DNA of 64,000 nucleotides, taken from positions 642,101 to 706,100 of the forward strand of contig NC_092677.1 in NCBI RefSeq assembly GCF_964355755.1. The letters run 5' to 3'. Source of the DNA: Antedon mediterranea (Eukaryota; Animalia; Echinodermata). The stretch's first letter is position 1; the number at the start of each line of letters is the position of its first letter. This document shows positions 25,529-38,897 of the stretch, piece by piece. The position numbers and the translations under genes were made by a program. The notes below the pieces were generated by a model that was given only the letters and a program-made list of their open reading frames with translations, did no database searches and was not told the DNA's origin.

Positions 25529-27582
25529 AAATTTCAATCAATGATTAGGAATATACCAACTTAGTTCATTTAGATTTCTCCTAAAATTATTTCAGTAATT
25601 AATTTCCCACTGCTGTTATGAGTTCTTTATTTAATTATAAACTTTATTTCATATTAAATATTCGTGTTAAGATACAGAGTAACAATTTATATTTTCCATG
25701 ATCAACTGCAATGCAATGCAAACAAAATAATTGTTTTTAATTAGAATATAAAAATCCCCATATTAAGCACCAGTAACATACCATTATGAAATCATGCCAC
25801 TGATGCGCTGAGCTAGCAGGCCTATTACAAACTTGTTTCATTTATATGGGCAATTTCACAGTAACCTAGGCCGTCAGTAATAATTGAGAAATAAGCAAGT
25901 AGTATTTGTCTGATTTAGTTTGTAATTTTTGATAAAGCACCTGATGGGCAAACTACAAAAAAAAATTTATTGAGCTACGATGAAAACTTTTGTTACAGCG
26001 GCCAAAAATGTCATATTTTTAGACAAAATTGAGTGTCTCATTGCAAAAAATCATTTTTATGAAATGCATTGTTGTTGTTTGTATGTATATATATATATTT
26101 ATATGAATTATGTACATTTAAATTGGTTGATCTACCCCCAAACGTATAAGGTATAAACAATGAGTGTGAAATGTATACATGTTTAACTTTTTTGTTGTTT
26201 TCATTATTGTAATTCTGTCCGTCCAAAATATCCACTCCGACACGTTGGCTTATATCCAGAGCAAATAAGTAAGCAAGTCTACTGTTTTTCATCTATATAA
26301 AACACTAATAAGATTAACCATACATTAAAACTTAAATAATATATTTAACTGACAATTTGGCTGAATGCCGGGGAATCGAAATATGTCCGTCCAAAAAAAT
26401 TTCCACTCCGACACCTCATAAAATACCATTAATTTTTATGTTAATAATATAAAAAGTTGAATATTCATAGCAAAAATTATAAGCTGACATACTACAATTA
26501 ATATAATGTACATATAATGTTTCTAAACCCAAGTAATTCACTGTAATGCACTCTAATATGGTGTTCACATAATGTCCACTCCGACACACATATTTGATCA
26601 AAGTAAAATGGCTGATTTTTTAACAACTATGAGACAATGTTATTGTTATTTTATTTATATCTGTTTGTGTCATTGATATTTAAGTGAAAATAATCTTGTT
26701 TAACTGTGTTTTTAGTATTACTAACGAGTCACCGGCACCTGCTTCGAGGCGGTATTTTAGTCTCTCAGAAAATAATTTCAAACTAGTTGAAGCCACCATG
26801 GCAAAAGTTATGAATTCCTAATAATACTGGCTGTTTAGGTGATCAATTTAAAATGGATATGAAAGGGTTCTTAGCAATATCATTTTATTGGCTCAACGTG
26901 GAGATAAATCAGTTTTAAGCTTGCCATAGTCATACTTAATGTTTTGGAGGACGACAACGCCCTCAAAACGCCCCTGAGAAACCTGTGAAAAACTTTTTGT
27001 GACGTCACTAAAAGTTATTTTTGTATTACAGAGATAGGAATTTAGCAGTAAATCATTGATTGATGCAAAAGCATGGTAGTAATTACTTATCGCTTTGATA
27101 GTTTTATTCTTGGATAAGTATGTTAGCCTAATCGAATAAAATTAATTCATATTATCAACCATTTTTTTTTTTAAACGGATTTTAATTTCGATTTTCAAGG
27201 CCACCTTTTACGAAATTCATAGCCAAATGCCTATCTTGCTGGGTACACGGAGTTATTTTGCGCATGCGTGAGAATCACAGAGTCGACCACCTTGGCCTCT
27301 CTCTCGACCCTCCTCCTCTCGCGAGCGATGTTTATTTTGCTATTTATTATACACGTATTATTGAAACATTCATTTTATTATTACTTCGTTGTAATTAACT
27401 GAAATTAATAGAAATTCGTCCACATCGTCTTGTTAACACGGATGTTAACATCGTTTTGAAGAAACGGTTGGACGAGTAAATGGTGTTTGACAATGCCATG
27501 GCCTGGAGCTAGCTAGGCCTAGCTAGGCTAGGCCTAGGCCTTTTTAGTAGTGATGACTGCTGGATACGGTGTTTAGTCGGCC

Positions 27583-28554
27583 CGCGATTTTTTTTTTCGT
27601 ACATAAGTTGGGGACCCCCTCATGAAACGTCACAAAATAAACATAAATAATTCATCAGTTAAATTTTCTTGTTCCGTGTGCACCCAAGCGTATAGCAAAA
27701 AGAAGTGAGCACACAAGTGCGGTACGATTCTAGGCCTATCTCCGCTGTTGTTGCGGCGTGCGATTTCATAGAAGATAGCGGCGTTTTGTGTGGATTGTCA
27801 AAATAATCAGCCTTTAGTTTATGGTGTTTTTAATATAATTTATTACTAAAGAATTACGTGTTAAAATTATAGTTTCTATTAATACTATTAGGCCTAATTA
27901 TTAGTCTCTAAACCCATGTGTGTCTATTCTAGTAGTAGCTGTGTGGGTGTGTGTGTGACGTGTGTGTGTTAGGTATGACCAAAGATAGTTATCTTTGGTA
28001 TGACACAATCCGAGTAATAAGTCAGCAAAATTAAACAATAAACATTACACAAAAATACATTTTTTATTCTCGTGGGTCCAATCTTCCCATCTCATGTGTT
28101 CATATACGGGCATTTTTAAAGTTCCTTTGAGTACATGCATATTGTTTGATAATAAAATAGCAGAATTAAAAAAATACAGTACACAAATTATATACACATT
28201 CTTTATTCTTGTGGCTCTAAGCTTTCTTTGGGCTATGTCCAATGAATTACTACTTATAGTTTAATCATGGAGGTATAAAAATATACCTCCATGGTTTAAT
28301 GTCTTGCCTAGCTGTCGATTAGCCTCGACTCGACACATTTTGTGTGAAGAAGAGTGCGCGAAGGCAATCACGTGAATTGACTTATAATCCTAGGCCTACT
28401 GCAGAAAGTATCGTATCGCAGTTGTGTAATCACTTCTTGTTGCTATACGCTTGGGTGCACACGGAACAACAAATTTAACTGAAGAATTATTCATGTTTAT
28501 TTTGTGACGTTTCATGAGGGGGTCCCCAACTTATGTACGAAAAAAAAAATCGCG
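27583..28554. repeat. ~125-bp inverted repeat pair (MITE-like) nested in the 6.4-kb transposon
   Basis: 27583-27708 is the reverse complement of ~28430-28554. Confidence 0.7.
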
Positions 28555-31066
28555 CCCGGCCAGAGGTGAGCTGAGAGCGTATGCTCCTTGTTGATGTATC
28601 GTTGAGGGTGTTAATGGTAGTAGGCACAATTGTGTAACTGTATTATGTATATACACATTAATTATTTATAAGTATGTTTATTAATATTGTTGTGTGCTGT
28701 AGTGTCTTGACTAACGCATTGTTAAAATATTTTTTTGTTATTACATGCCGCCCTTGGCTAGGCAACACTGAATACTAAATATTAGGATTCCCAATAAAAT
28801 TAATAGAGGTGGATTTTCTCTATGTAATAATAAAGGTTATAACCGGCCGGGCCTAGTTAGGGGTATTTGAGCTTGTATCATATATTATTAATACAGTAAA
28901 TAAACAATTCATTTGTATTTTTACCTACCAACAGGTCTATAATTGGAGTGCAACTATGATAATTGATGGACGGGATAAGCAAATGTATTTATTGATTGGA
29001 ATGGAAGCGCAAATGTTAGAGTCAAATTATAATATTAAGGTAACAGATACTGAGCATTGCTATTTTAAACTGTTGATCAAACCTACATAATACATTATAC
29101 TAAATTATTATTTTGTTTTGAGGGCAGATAAACATGTGCTTATTCATTTTCCTTTTTTCAGGTGAATAGAAAGATGCCCAGCGTACTTTATAATAGATGC
29201 TACTTGGATCATGCTTGCACGATACATTTATGCAGTATACTAAGACACCAAGTATAGAATGAGCGCAGACAATTAAAATTACAGAACTAAATATTTATGA
29301 AGAATAGTAAAATATGCATAATAGAATTCTTTAGACGTGAGTGCTAGGGTTACAGTCATACTGTAACTATGTATGTAGGTAATGTACTACCAGACAGTAC
29401 ACTAGTAGCAGTGCATCATATAGTGTTTTTTTTAACCATCTAAATGGGTCTGGGTATATAAACAAATAAACCACTACTGTACTTCTTTTTTTATTTATTT
29501 AGCCAAATACTATGTACAATAGACATTTATGAAAGAATCCATCTCTTGAATATGATGGAGCTGCCTGGTGTTGATAGAATTAAAATGTATCACTCAGGTC
29601 TCAAAAGTAATTTATGTCCCGTTTGAAAAATCCTGCTTGTTCCAAACTCATTATGATACATTTGTTCAATAAAATTCATTCCACACACTATATCTGTTAT
29701 ATAATTTGTTGATGTTTACAATGTTATTACTAGTACTATTACAGTTCTTCAAAGTCATCTCATGTACTGTTGATTCCATAAATCTGCAAAGATAAGACCA
29801 ATAAATGGATGGAAGTGTACTATTATTTTTATTCAATCCTACCTAGGCCTAGGCCCTATAGTATTATATTTTATGACTTGGTAACAAACAGAAAGAGGTT
29901 ATTATTTAATTACAGTTACTAACTAAACTATAATAATCCTCTCTGCCTCACCTCTGCTCTACTTTAATTATTAGTATTATTATATTACTATATTATTATT
30001 AGTCAATAACAAAAGTCAGAGCCAAAAACAAGTTCAACACAAGCTTACCTTTTTTTATTTACGTCGCCTTTTACATACGTCTACGCCCGCGCCTTGTCCA
30101 CTTCCTGGAGGTTCGTCGGTGGACCGACTCTCTTGTTTGTACTGTACTACAGTCTGTAGGCCATGGAGTAACTCCATGTGTAGGCCTGGCCTAGCCTAGT
30201 AGTATAGTACTAGCGAATTTAGAAGAAACTATAGTCTACTAGACCTAGCCTAATTTGTAGTTTGCGTGAGTGGTTTAGTGTGAGATGTACAAATACACCC
30301 TTTCTTCTTTTCACGTACAATCTTTGCAGACATAACTTTTTATTGATTTGTGAAATATCGATGTTTTCTACGACTGCAGCAACAGGGAGCTTGCAACACG
30401 CGAGTCTCGTGTAGGATGGGTTTGTTTATTTTGTTTACACCACACAGTCCGCGAACGAGACAAGGTGGTGATTGGACTGTATTAAAATTCATTAACCAAT
30501 CACAAAACGACTGCTGCCGTGGCTACAACCCCGGGTGTTTCAAACTCTAAATTTGACGATCTCGTACGTGCGTATAGAACGTTCATAAAAATTAAGATGG
30601 CGTGCCAGTTGGTCGGCCATTTTGCGGACGTTTTATACCAAAATTTAATTTGTTTATTTCTCAAGTTCTACTAGGTATTTGAATCTAATTTTGTGTGTGC
30701 TGTTTATTAACATTAAAAGGATTCATACAAAGTCATTTTTGTGAAATTTTAAAATCCTTTCATATCCATTTTAAGTATTTAATCCAAAAAAAAAAAACAC
30801 ACAAAAAATGTAACATCTTTAATATTGAAGTTTTTCATGTCCTGTTTAATATGTCCAAAAATTGTCCACTCCGACACATATTAACAATCTTTGTTTTAAC
30901 GACATCTTTTTATTTAAAGTAGGTACTGGTACCAAATATGACCACAGTAAACTTTATAATTGCCAACTGATGGTTTTATGGTGTTTGGCTATGTTAATAC
31001 CATTATTTTTTATATATTGGATAAAACATTTGTTAAAATTCTCTAACAATTTTGTTTTACTCAGAT

Positions 31067-31200
31067 GATGTTTTGGACATGGTCATGAGTGTGATGTTTT
31101 GGACATGGTCATGAGTGTGATGTTTTGGACATGGTCATGAGTGTGATGTTTTGGACATGGTCATGAGTGTGATGTTTTGGACATGGTCATGAGTGTTATG
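31067..31200 (+). repeat. 26-bp minisatellite x5 (GATGTTTTGGACATGGTCATGAGTGT)
   Basis: Perfect tandem copies with no spacers. Confidence 0.9.
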
Positions 31201-32493
31201 GTTGTACATTTTTTGTGACATGTACTAATGCATAAAATAGCAAATTGAATTCATTGAACATGCTTAATATTAACAAGTTTTTAATTATTTATACTGTTTA
31301 TTCATGTCCAAAAAATGTCCACTCCGACACAAATTAACAATCCTTGTTAAAAGACAGTTTTTATCATACTAAAGCTTAAAAAGTACAAAATGTTAACACT
31401 GTACACTTTAGAAGTGCCAACTGGTTGGTTTTAATGTGTTTATGGAATAGTAAAACCATTATTTTTTTTCATTTGGATAAAATGTTTGTTAAATTCTCTG
31501 ACAAATTTAATTTTGTCTTACTCAGATGATGTTTTAGGCGTGTCATGAGTGTTATAGTTGTACATTTTTGTTTTGTGTCAATTGGTATCATGTACTTATG
31601 GATAAAATAGCAAATTTAATTCATGCTTAATATAATAACAAGTTTTTAATTTATTTATACTGTTATTCATGTCCTAAAATGTCCACTCCGACACAAATGA
31701 ACAATCCTTGTTAAACGACAGTTTTTATCATGGTAAAGCTTAAAAAGTACAAATTTTAACACAGTAAGCTGTAGAAGTGGCAATTAGTTGGTTTTATTGT
31801 ATTTGTAGCTATATAATAAAACACATTTTTTATTTGAGTGTAAATGTTTGCTAATTGTTCAACATTTATTGTTAAAATTCTCAGAAAAATTCAATTTTTC
31901 CAATCATATGATGTTTATATAAAGCGCAAGTATATTTTTTATATTGATACTCTGTACTAGTAATTAAATATTAGCCAAATAAGCAGTGGATTTTGTGTTA
32001 TAATAAAAAATATTGAGATGTTGATTTCCAAATTTTTCAATAAAATTCTTCCAGTTACTAAATTCCTACTATTACTGTGAAAATGTCCGGATAGTTGTAG
32101 CTTTATAATATTATTTTTTATTAAATATAAACCTGTATGTTTCAAAATTAATTGAAAAATATGTAAAAAAAGGACTTTGAATTTTTGACCCTGTGAGACA
32201 CTTGCGGCCTAGGTTACTGTGAAATTGCCCATATTATGAGCGTTTTCGGTGTCTTTCAGCTAAAAATAGCATTATGTCAACAGTTTCAGTCAAACCCACG
32301 TATATACCAATTACAAGTAATCGTCGTTTAATTAATCAATTTTTGTTTTAGTTATATTCAGTACTATGAGTTTTATACAAACTACATTGGCTCATATTCT
32401 ACAATACCAGATGTCACTACAAATATTTAAATTAATTTCACTATCAATATACACCCGTTATGTGTACTTATTGAAATAAACAAATTATATAAA

Positions 32494-33190
32494 ACTAGAT
32501 GGTAGCTCGCGTACCATCTAGGTCGTGCCCACAGATGGTTCTCGAATACACAGTAATTTCAGCGTAACAAAACTGGCGATTTCAAATGTACGTTCCGCAG
32601 GACTATAATACTATAATTGTCGTTTACAGAAACGAATAAATAGACACGATGATTTATGTAGTCAACTAGAATTAGCACCCTGGGAATTACTTCCGAAGGA
32701 GAAACTTATCACAAAATGAGTCCAAATTTTTGATTTGGACTCATTTAAAGAAACCCAATTTGTGTTTTGTATGTAACATTAGGGTTGAGGGATGGGAAAG
32801 CGGATAGGTACAAAGAGGAACAATTTTTAAATATATTCTTTATCCACTCAGTAACGAAATATTTTTTTTCATGTTTTATACGCCTATAAATAATATACCT
32901 CTAAATACAGTAAAACATTTGCGATTTAATACTTTGTTAAAACTGTCACTGTTATAATCGATTGATCGATCGATCGAAATATTGAAGTACATGTCACGAT
33001 ACACCACTACGACGTTTATATTGTTGGTAATTATTAATTAATACAAACGTTGAGAAGGAACTGTCAGTATAAAGTTTATGTGTATATAATAATGTGTTTA
33101 TATATCTAACAGTAGAGCCACAATCTCAGTAACGTTTATTTGTATATATTTTTATATTACATCCAACAGTACGAACATTCACAGTAAGAA
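32494..33190 (-). mobile_element. Non-autonomous Helitron-like element, copy 1
   Basis: Similar to 37555-38897. The minus-strand end is a hairpin followed by CTAG|T. Confidence 0.6.
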
Positions 33191-33324
33191 ATCTTTTATC
33201 CATGGATACTGTTTACTAAAAAGATTTTAGATGAGTTTCAGATTTTAAAGATACAACTAAGAATTAACTAAATAATACCATGGAGAAATAAGTTAGGATT
33301 TCTCCATGATAACACATAACTCAA

Positions 33325-33397
33325 TATCAATGTAATGCAAATTTAGTTGGAGATAGTCCATCAATTGATGATGATATATGCACCCTGACTGTAAATT
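33325..33397 (+). pseudogene. 3' remnant of an IgV exon (YQCNANLVGDSPSIDDDICTLTVN) with an intact donor
   Basis: Matches the ends of the V exons of genes 1 and 2. The 5' three-quarters of the exon and its acceptor are absent. Confidence 0.85.
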
Positions 33398-34120
33398 GTA
33401 AGTACAAAATAATACAGAATAATTAAGAATATTGGATGTATAGGACTCGCACATTATTACTTAACAAAACCATGTGCTTGTGTGAGAATAGAGTACATTG
33501 TTTTATTGTATACTTTCCATGTTAATAAAAAGTGTTAATCGGAAATCTGAAGCATGACACATGATTTTTCAATAATATTTTTACAAAATAAATTGCAATT
33601 AATAACATTTAAAGTTTACCATCAATTAACCATTATTTGTACAGTAAGCTTGGCATATGGTACAGTTAAAATGTCATAATCCGTGAACCAAACCAACGGA
33701 AACATTGACATTTTCATACAATATTTCTTGATAACTTTTCTTATTCATTATAATTCTTTGTCTGTTTTTTTCACAGTACAGCTAGTAAATGCTATTGAAT
33801 GATTTTTGTTAAAATATTAAAGAAATTAAAACAGACAGGAAAAAAGTAAATGTACAGTTTTTGCAGCAAATAAAGATATTTTTATTTAAATGCTGCTACT
33901 GTACTGTAAAGTGTATCAAACAAAGTCATAAGAGATAAATTCCATCATTTCAGATTTTATTCTTTAAAAAGTGAATGTTCTTTTAATGTTGTAGAGTTTT
34001 AATTTAATTATTAGTTGCACATGGTTAATTTGATATTGTTTCCTGAAGTTATACATATTTTGGTAAACATTGTAAATTTGTAAAATAAGAAATAATAAAT
34101 ATTTTGTCTATCTCTTACAG

Positions 34121-37100
34121 ATTTTTCAAGTGGTAATGTGATTACTATCAATGTTAATTCTAATACCACTGCTTATAATGTTATTATCACATGCTTTCCT
34201 GGTACAGTAGATGGCAATCCAGTTCCTGATATAAACCTCTATAAAGATACCACCATTATTAACACACAGAAAACATTACCTCTAACATACACAATAGCTA
34301 CTGTGTCAGATGATGACAGTGGAGACTACAGATGTGAAGCAAGTAACAGTGTTGGAAGTGTAACAAGCAATACAATAACACTCGATTACTGTAAGTACTG
34401 TAACAAATTTTGAAATCAATGTTAAATTTCTTTTCTCATTATTTTTAATGAGTTCTAGTATTGACAATATTAGGCAACATTGGTATATTAGATATTTGCC
34501 TTTACAGTATGTACTGTTGTTAAATGTGCATGGTTATGCCTATAAACAGAAAACAATATTTGTATCGGTAGAATCTAGTGTTAGTAACTAATGATAATTA
34601 GACTACCATTCAAGTTTATCGCTTTTATGTGCAAGAATGGCCTATGATAATGCTTGTTTATAGAATCACTATAATTAAACTAACAATTAAATGTAATTAT
34701 GCTTGTCTTCAATATGCAATATCAATTTTCCCCAGATTTAACTGATACTGTCACCATTAGTTCCACCTCAAATGATACCACTATAGTACTAACATGCTCT
34801 GGTTCAGTTGATGGTAACCCATCTCCTGACATAGTCCTTAACAAAGATTGTAATATCATTCTGCAACAATCTACATTACCTATAATATACACAATAGACA
34901 GACCAACAGAGAATGATGGAGGTTATTACACGTGTGAAGCTGATAACACTGCTTTCTCTACAAGAAGCAACGTAGAAAAACTACGCAAGTATTACAAAAT
35001 GTGTATGGTTTGGTAAAATAAAAATAGTAATGTTGAATATCAGATTTCTACTGATTTGTAAGAAGTATTGATAATGCTGATCAATTTATAGTTTAAATGT
35101 TTTTCATGCAAATTTGAATAAATAACTTGTCATCATGTACAAATTGTTTAAAATGAAATGTTTGTATATAAAAAGCTGAATGGTGAAATGAAATGCTATG
35201 CTTAAAAGTCTTATCTATTACTGACTTTTAAAGTAAATGTTTAAAGTAAATTATATTTTTAGATAAACCAAGATACGAGACAACAGAACCAGATACTCTG
35301 AAACCTGGGAAAATCGGTATGATTGCAGTTGAAAATGTTGAAGTGAACCCTGAACGTGTAACTTATATTTGGAGCATTGATGGTGTTGTGGATCCAAATG
35401 CAAATTCTGCATCATTCACATTCACTGGATCAATGGTAGTTGGTACAGTTCATACCATATCAGTGAATGTTACAAATCTCATTGGGTCAACTTCAAAGAC
35501 AATACGGATCGCAGTCTCAGGTTGTTATTCAGTATTCTGTTGTTATATTGGAAGATCCATAATACAAATAAACTCCTGACCATTATACATACAAAAGAAA
35601 GCAATTTCAAAATGAATAGCAGTAGGCCTATTACAGTGCAGTATTAGTAAAAGATTGCTTGTTAATGTTTTTCATTTAGCTACTATAAGATTGAATCAAC
35701 AACAAATTCAGCCAAAATCAAAATACCAACAACAACAATTGTTTAGGCTTATCTATTTTATTATTTAATTGTGCATGTGTTTTTATTCATCATAGAAACA
35801 AGCTTTGGGGTTAAAATATATGCGGCTTATTTCACTTTCGCTTATATCATGTTCTATTCGATAAGTAAACCTATAATAACCTATTCGTATTTATCAATGA
35901 TCTATTTCTACATACTTTAGTTGAAGTTGAATAAAGACTAATAAGCTTAATTCAGTATAGATAATAATCTCTGTTGATACAGTAATAATTATTGGTAACC
36001 TTTACATGTAAATAAAACGTACTTTACTTTTCAGAGCGATCTAATAGCAACACAGGGCTGATCATTGGAATGCTCTTCGTTGGCATCTTCATTGGTGCCG
36101 TAGGATTGTATATTGGACAAATTATTCACAATAAGATAAGGAAGGTATGTTAGGTTGATGATGACTTTAATATTATTCATTTATAATTACAAAACATGCA
36201 GACTTGATACAATCGAAGACTCTGAGCCACTATGCCATACAAAGTACTATAAATTATAATGGTACTTCATGTATTCTAGCAAAGATGCTTTGAATTCGAC
36301 TACAAGCTTTACAACACGTCACAATGTCGGTTATTTGTTTCTATTTAGAAAAAATTACATTCGAGTAGAAGAGATAATTAGGTTATGAACACTTACATCA
36401 TTATCCTTTAAAATGTATTGAAATAAATGGAATTGAAAGACACATTAATGACATGCAAGTAATGACATAATGTTGTTATTTTTTATTTAGAAGTCACTGT
36501 CAGAAAAACAAAACACAGACAAAAGAAAACAAGATGTAAGTATTGATCTATAAATACGATAAAAATGACCAATAAAACGATTAATATAATCAATTAAATA
36601 CAAAATCTTTATTATCCCAAACTGGGAGATTCATTTGGTCGTGGGGGACAAACATCAACAGCCTGTTAAAATACACAAACAGGAAATGAAAGATTGCACA
36701 ACATAATTATGATATAATAATAGCACCGTTATAATAAGAATATAATTGAGAATAATTACCATTCTAAAAATTTAATTCAGCAGAAATGATAAAAGGTAAA
36801 CTAACAAACTAAAGTCAAATAATTTGATTCTAGACTTCTTCCAGTTAGTGTAGTTTGTTGTGCGACAGCACAATTTAAAATTCAAATCATTTAATTAAGT
36901 ATTAATATTAATTAGATCCTTATTTTGAGTTTAGTTTCGTTTTCTTTGTTTACTCACATAGTTTCTAAAAGGCTCTTATAATTGGTCATATGTTTTTCCC
37001 TACTCTGATGTAATTTGTAATTTATACCCACGACCTCCAGATCAAAGCCTGGCGTTCATACCTCTAGACCACCGAGCTTGCGCTGATGGCTAGTGGTTAG

Positions 37101-37387
37101 ATTCGAGCCCAAAAGTAAGCAGCGGGTACTGCACCAACAGGGTTGTAATTGTATTTAACTACTGCGGAGTAGCTTTGCCCTGGCGCAAAGCTACTCCACA
37201 GTAATTAAATACAATTACAGGCCCTTATAAGTTTGCAATTACTGTATTTACTTGACAGACATACATGGATTATGTAGGAGAAAGTAGAGGGCAAAACCAA
37301 ACCTATCAAGATTTACAACATAGAGTAGAAGAGTCAGCTTATGTTAATGTTAAGGCTGGGAATAAGAACAAGAAGGGAAAAATGTGA
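34121..37387 (+). CDS. Ig receptor 3, 3' part (two divergent Ig domains, PKD-like, TM, tyrosine-motif tail); may be spliced to gene 2
   Basis: Exons 34121-34390, 34736-34984 (GC donor), 35263-35520, 36035-36144, 36491-36535 and 37259-37387, all open. TM GLIIGMLFVGIFIGAVGLYIG. Tail TYMDY..TYQDLQHRVEESAYVNV. Confidence 0.82.
37033..37220. repeat. Short interspersed repeat ending in a ~75-bp palindrome; related copy at ~55817-55910
   Basis: Shared CCTCTAGACCACCGAGCTTGCGCTGATGGCT..TTCGAGCCCAA. Hairpin at 37143-37219. Confidence 0.55.
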
Positions 37388-37554
37388 ACAATTAATCATT
37401 GAAATGAAAGAATAGATAAATATGCTTTGTTAATGCACAAAATAAGTGATCGATTCCAAAAGGATCGATCAATATTTTAAAGAAATGTGTAGCCTGTTGT
37501 ATGTCATCTGCAAGGTGATCGAGTGGCATCATTGAATTTCGTTAAATTACGAAG

Positions 37555-38897
37555 ACTAGATGGTACGCTCGCTTCGCTCGCGTACCATCTAGGTCGTGCA
37601 CACAGATGGCTCTCGAAAACACAGTAATTTCAGCGTAAAAAAATGTACGTACCGCAGGACTATTGTCGTTTACAGAAACGAATAGACATAATGATTTATG
37701 TAGTCAACCAAAATTAGCACCTTTGGAATTACTTCCAAAAGATAAATTTGTCACAAAATGAATTTTTGATTTGGACTTTTAACTTTTAAACAAACCCAAT
37801 TTGTGTTTTAATTATGTAACATTAGGGTTGAGGGAAGGGGGATAGGTACAAAGAGGAACAATTTTTAAAATAATTCTTTATCCACTCAGTAACGAAAAAG
37901 TGTTTTCATGTTGTATAGGCCTATAAATAATAGCCTATACAACTAAATACAGTAAAACATTTGCGATTTAATATTAGTAATAGTAATACTACTACTGTTA
38001 AAAATATCACTGTCATAGTCGATTGAATAAATAGTACATGTAACGATACACTACGACGTTTATATTTGTTTTGTAATTATTAATTAATACAAGCGTTCTT
38101 AAGCAACTGTCAGTAATAAAGTTTAGTTGTATATTATGTGTTTATAATCTAACAGTAGCGGCTACCCACACTCACAGTAATAAAATTTATTTGTATTTTT
38201 TTTTTATATCTATGACCCCATTTACACTTACGATTTAGGCCGGCCCTGGGTCGGCCCTGGGTCGGCAATTGATAAGTGTAAATACTCCAAAAAGTTAGGC
38301 CGGCCCTGGGCCGGACGCAGATCTGGGCCACCTCTCCAGGTAGGTTCAGGAGCGGCTTTTACGTTTGGGCCGGTTTACGCAGTGAACCGTGAACAACGTT
38401 TGACCTTTTTATGAGGTTGTTGTTATGACGATCCGACATTTTCAGTACATACCTTCCTCCTTTTCGGGCGACAATTTGTTTTCTTCATCATTTATATAGT
38501 TAAATTTATTTTCAGACATCTTCTTTCAATAAAGTATTCCTCCGCTTGTTTCGCATATACATAAAATACAGCCATATTATATATAAAACAGTGGGGTTCA
38601 TTTTGTTTTTAATGGGACAAAAAAACAACAATAGGCTAAATATAAAACGGTCGGTTCGCGCGGAGAGTAATTGAATTGACGATCGAGAGAGAAAAAATGT
38701 AAACAAACTGTACTTCGTATCCCAGCATGCAATGGTACTTCCGATAAAATTATTTACGACCAGTAATCTGCGTCGCTAGTGTAAACGCTCTGGGGCCGGC
38801 CTAAAAGATTAATATTTGCAACCGGCCCAGGACCGGCCCTGGACCCAAACGTAAGTGTAAATGGGGTCTAACAGTACCAACACTCACAATAAGAAAT
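37555..38897 (-). mobile_element. Helitron-like element, copy 2, interrupted by a MITE
   Basis: Terminus ACTAGATGGTACGCTCGCTTCGCTCGCGTACCATCTAG; similar to 32494-33190. Confidence 0.6.
38214..38868. mobile_element. PIF/Harbinger-type MITE
   Basis: TIR GACCCCATTTACACTTACG / CGTAAGTGTAAATGGGGTC, flanked by TAT and TAA, with GGCCGGCCC subterminal repeats. It is absent from the paralogous Helitron copy. Confidence 0.7.

Larger units (their letters stand above)
25848..32230. mobile_element. ~6.4-kb TIR DNA transposon, ATAT target duplication (Sola-like), no intact transposase seen
   Basis: Perfect TIR GGGCAATTTCACAGTAACCTAGGCCG at both ends, flanked by ATAT. Removing it with a 4-bp TSD restores the length of the paralogous empty site in gene 1 (~13455-13472). 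Confidence 0.8.

Noticed and set aside
31067-31200. CRISPR-like short repeats
   Set aside because: The units are contiguous with no unique spacers, there are no cas genes, and the context is eukaryotic.
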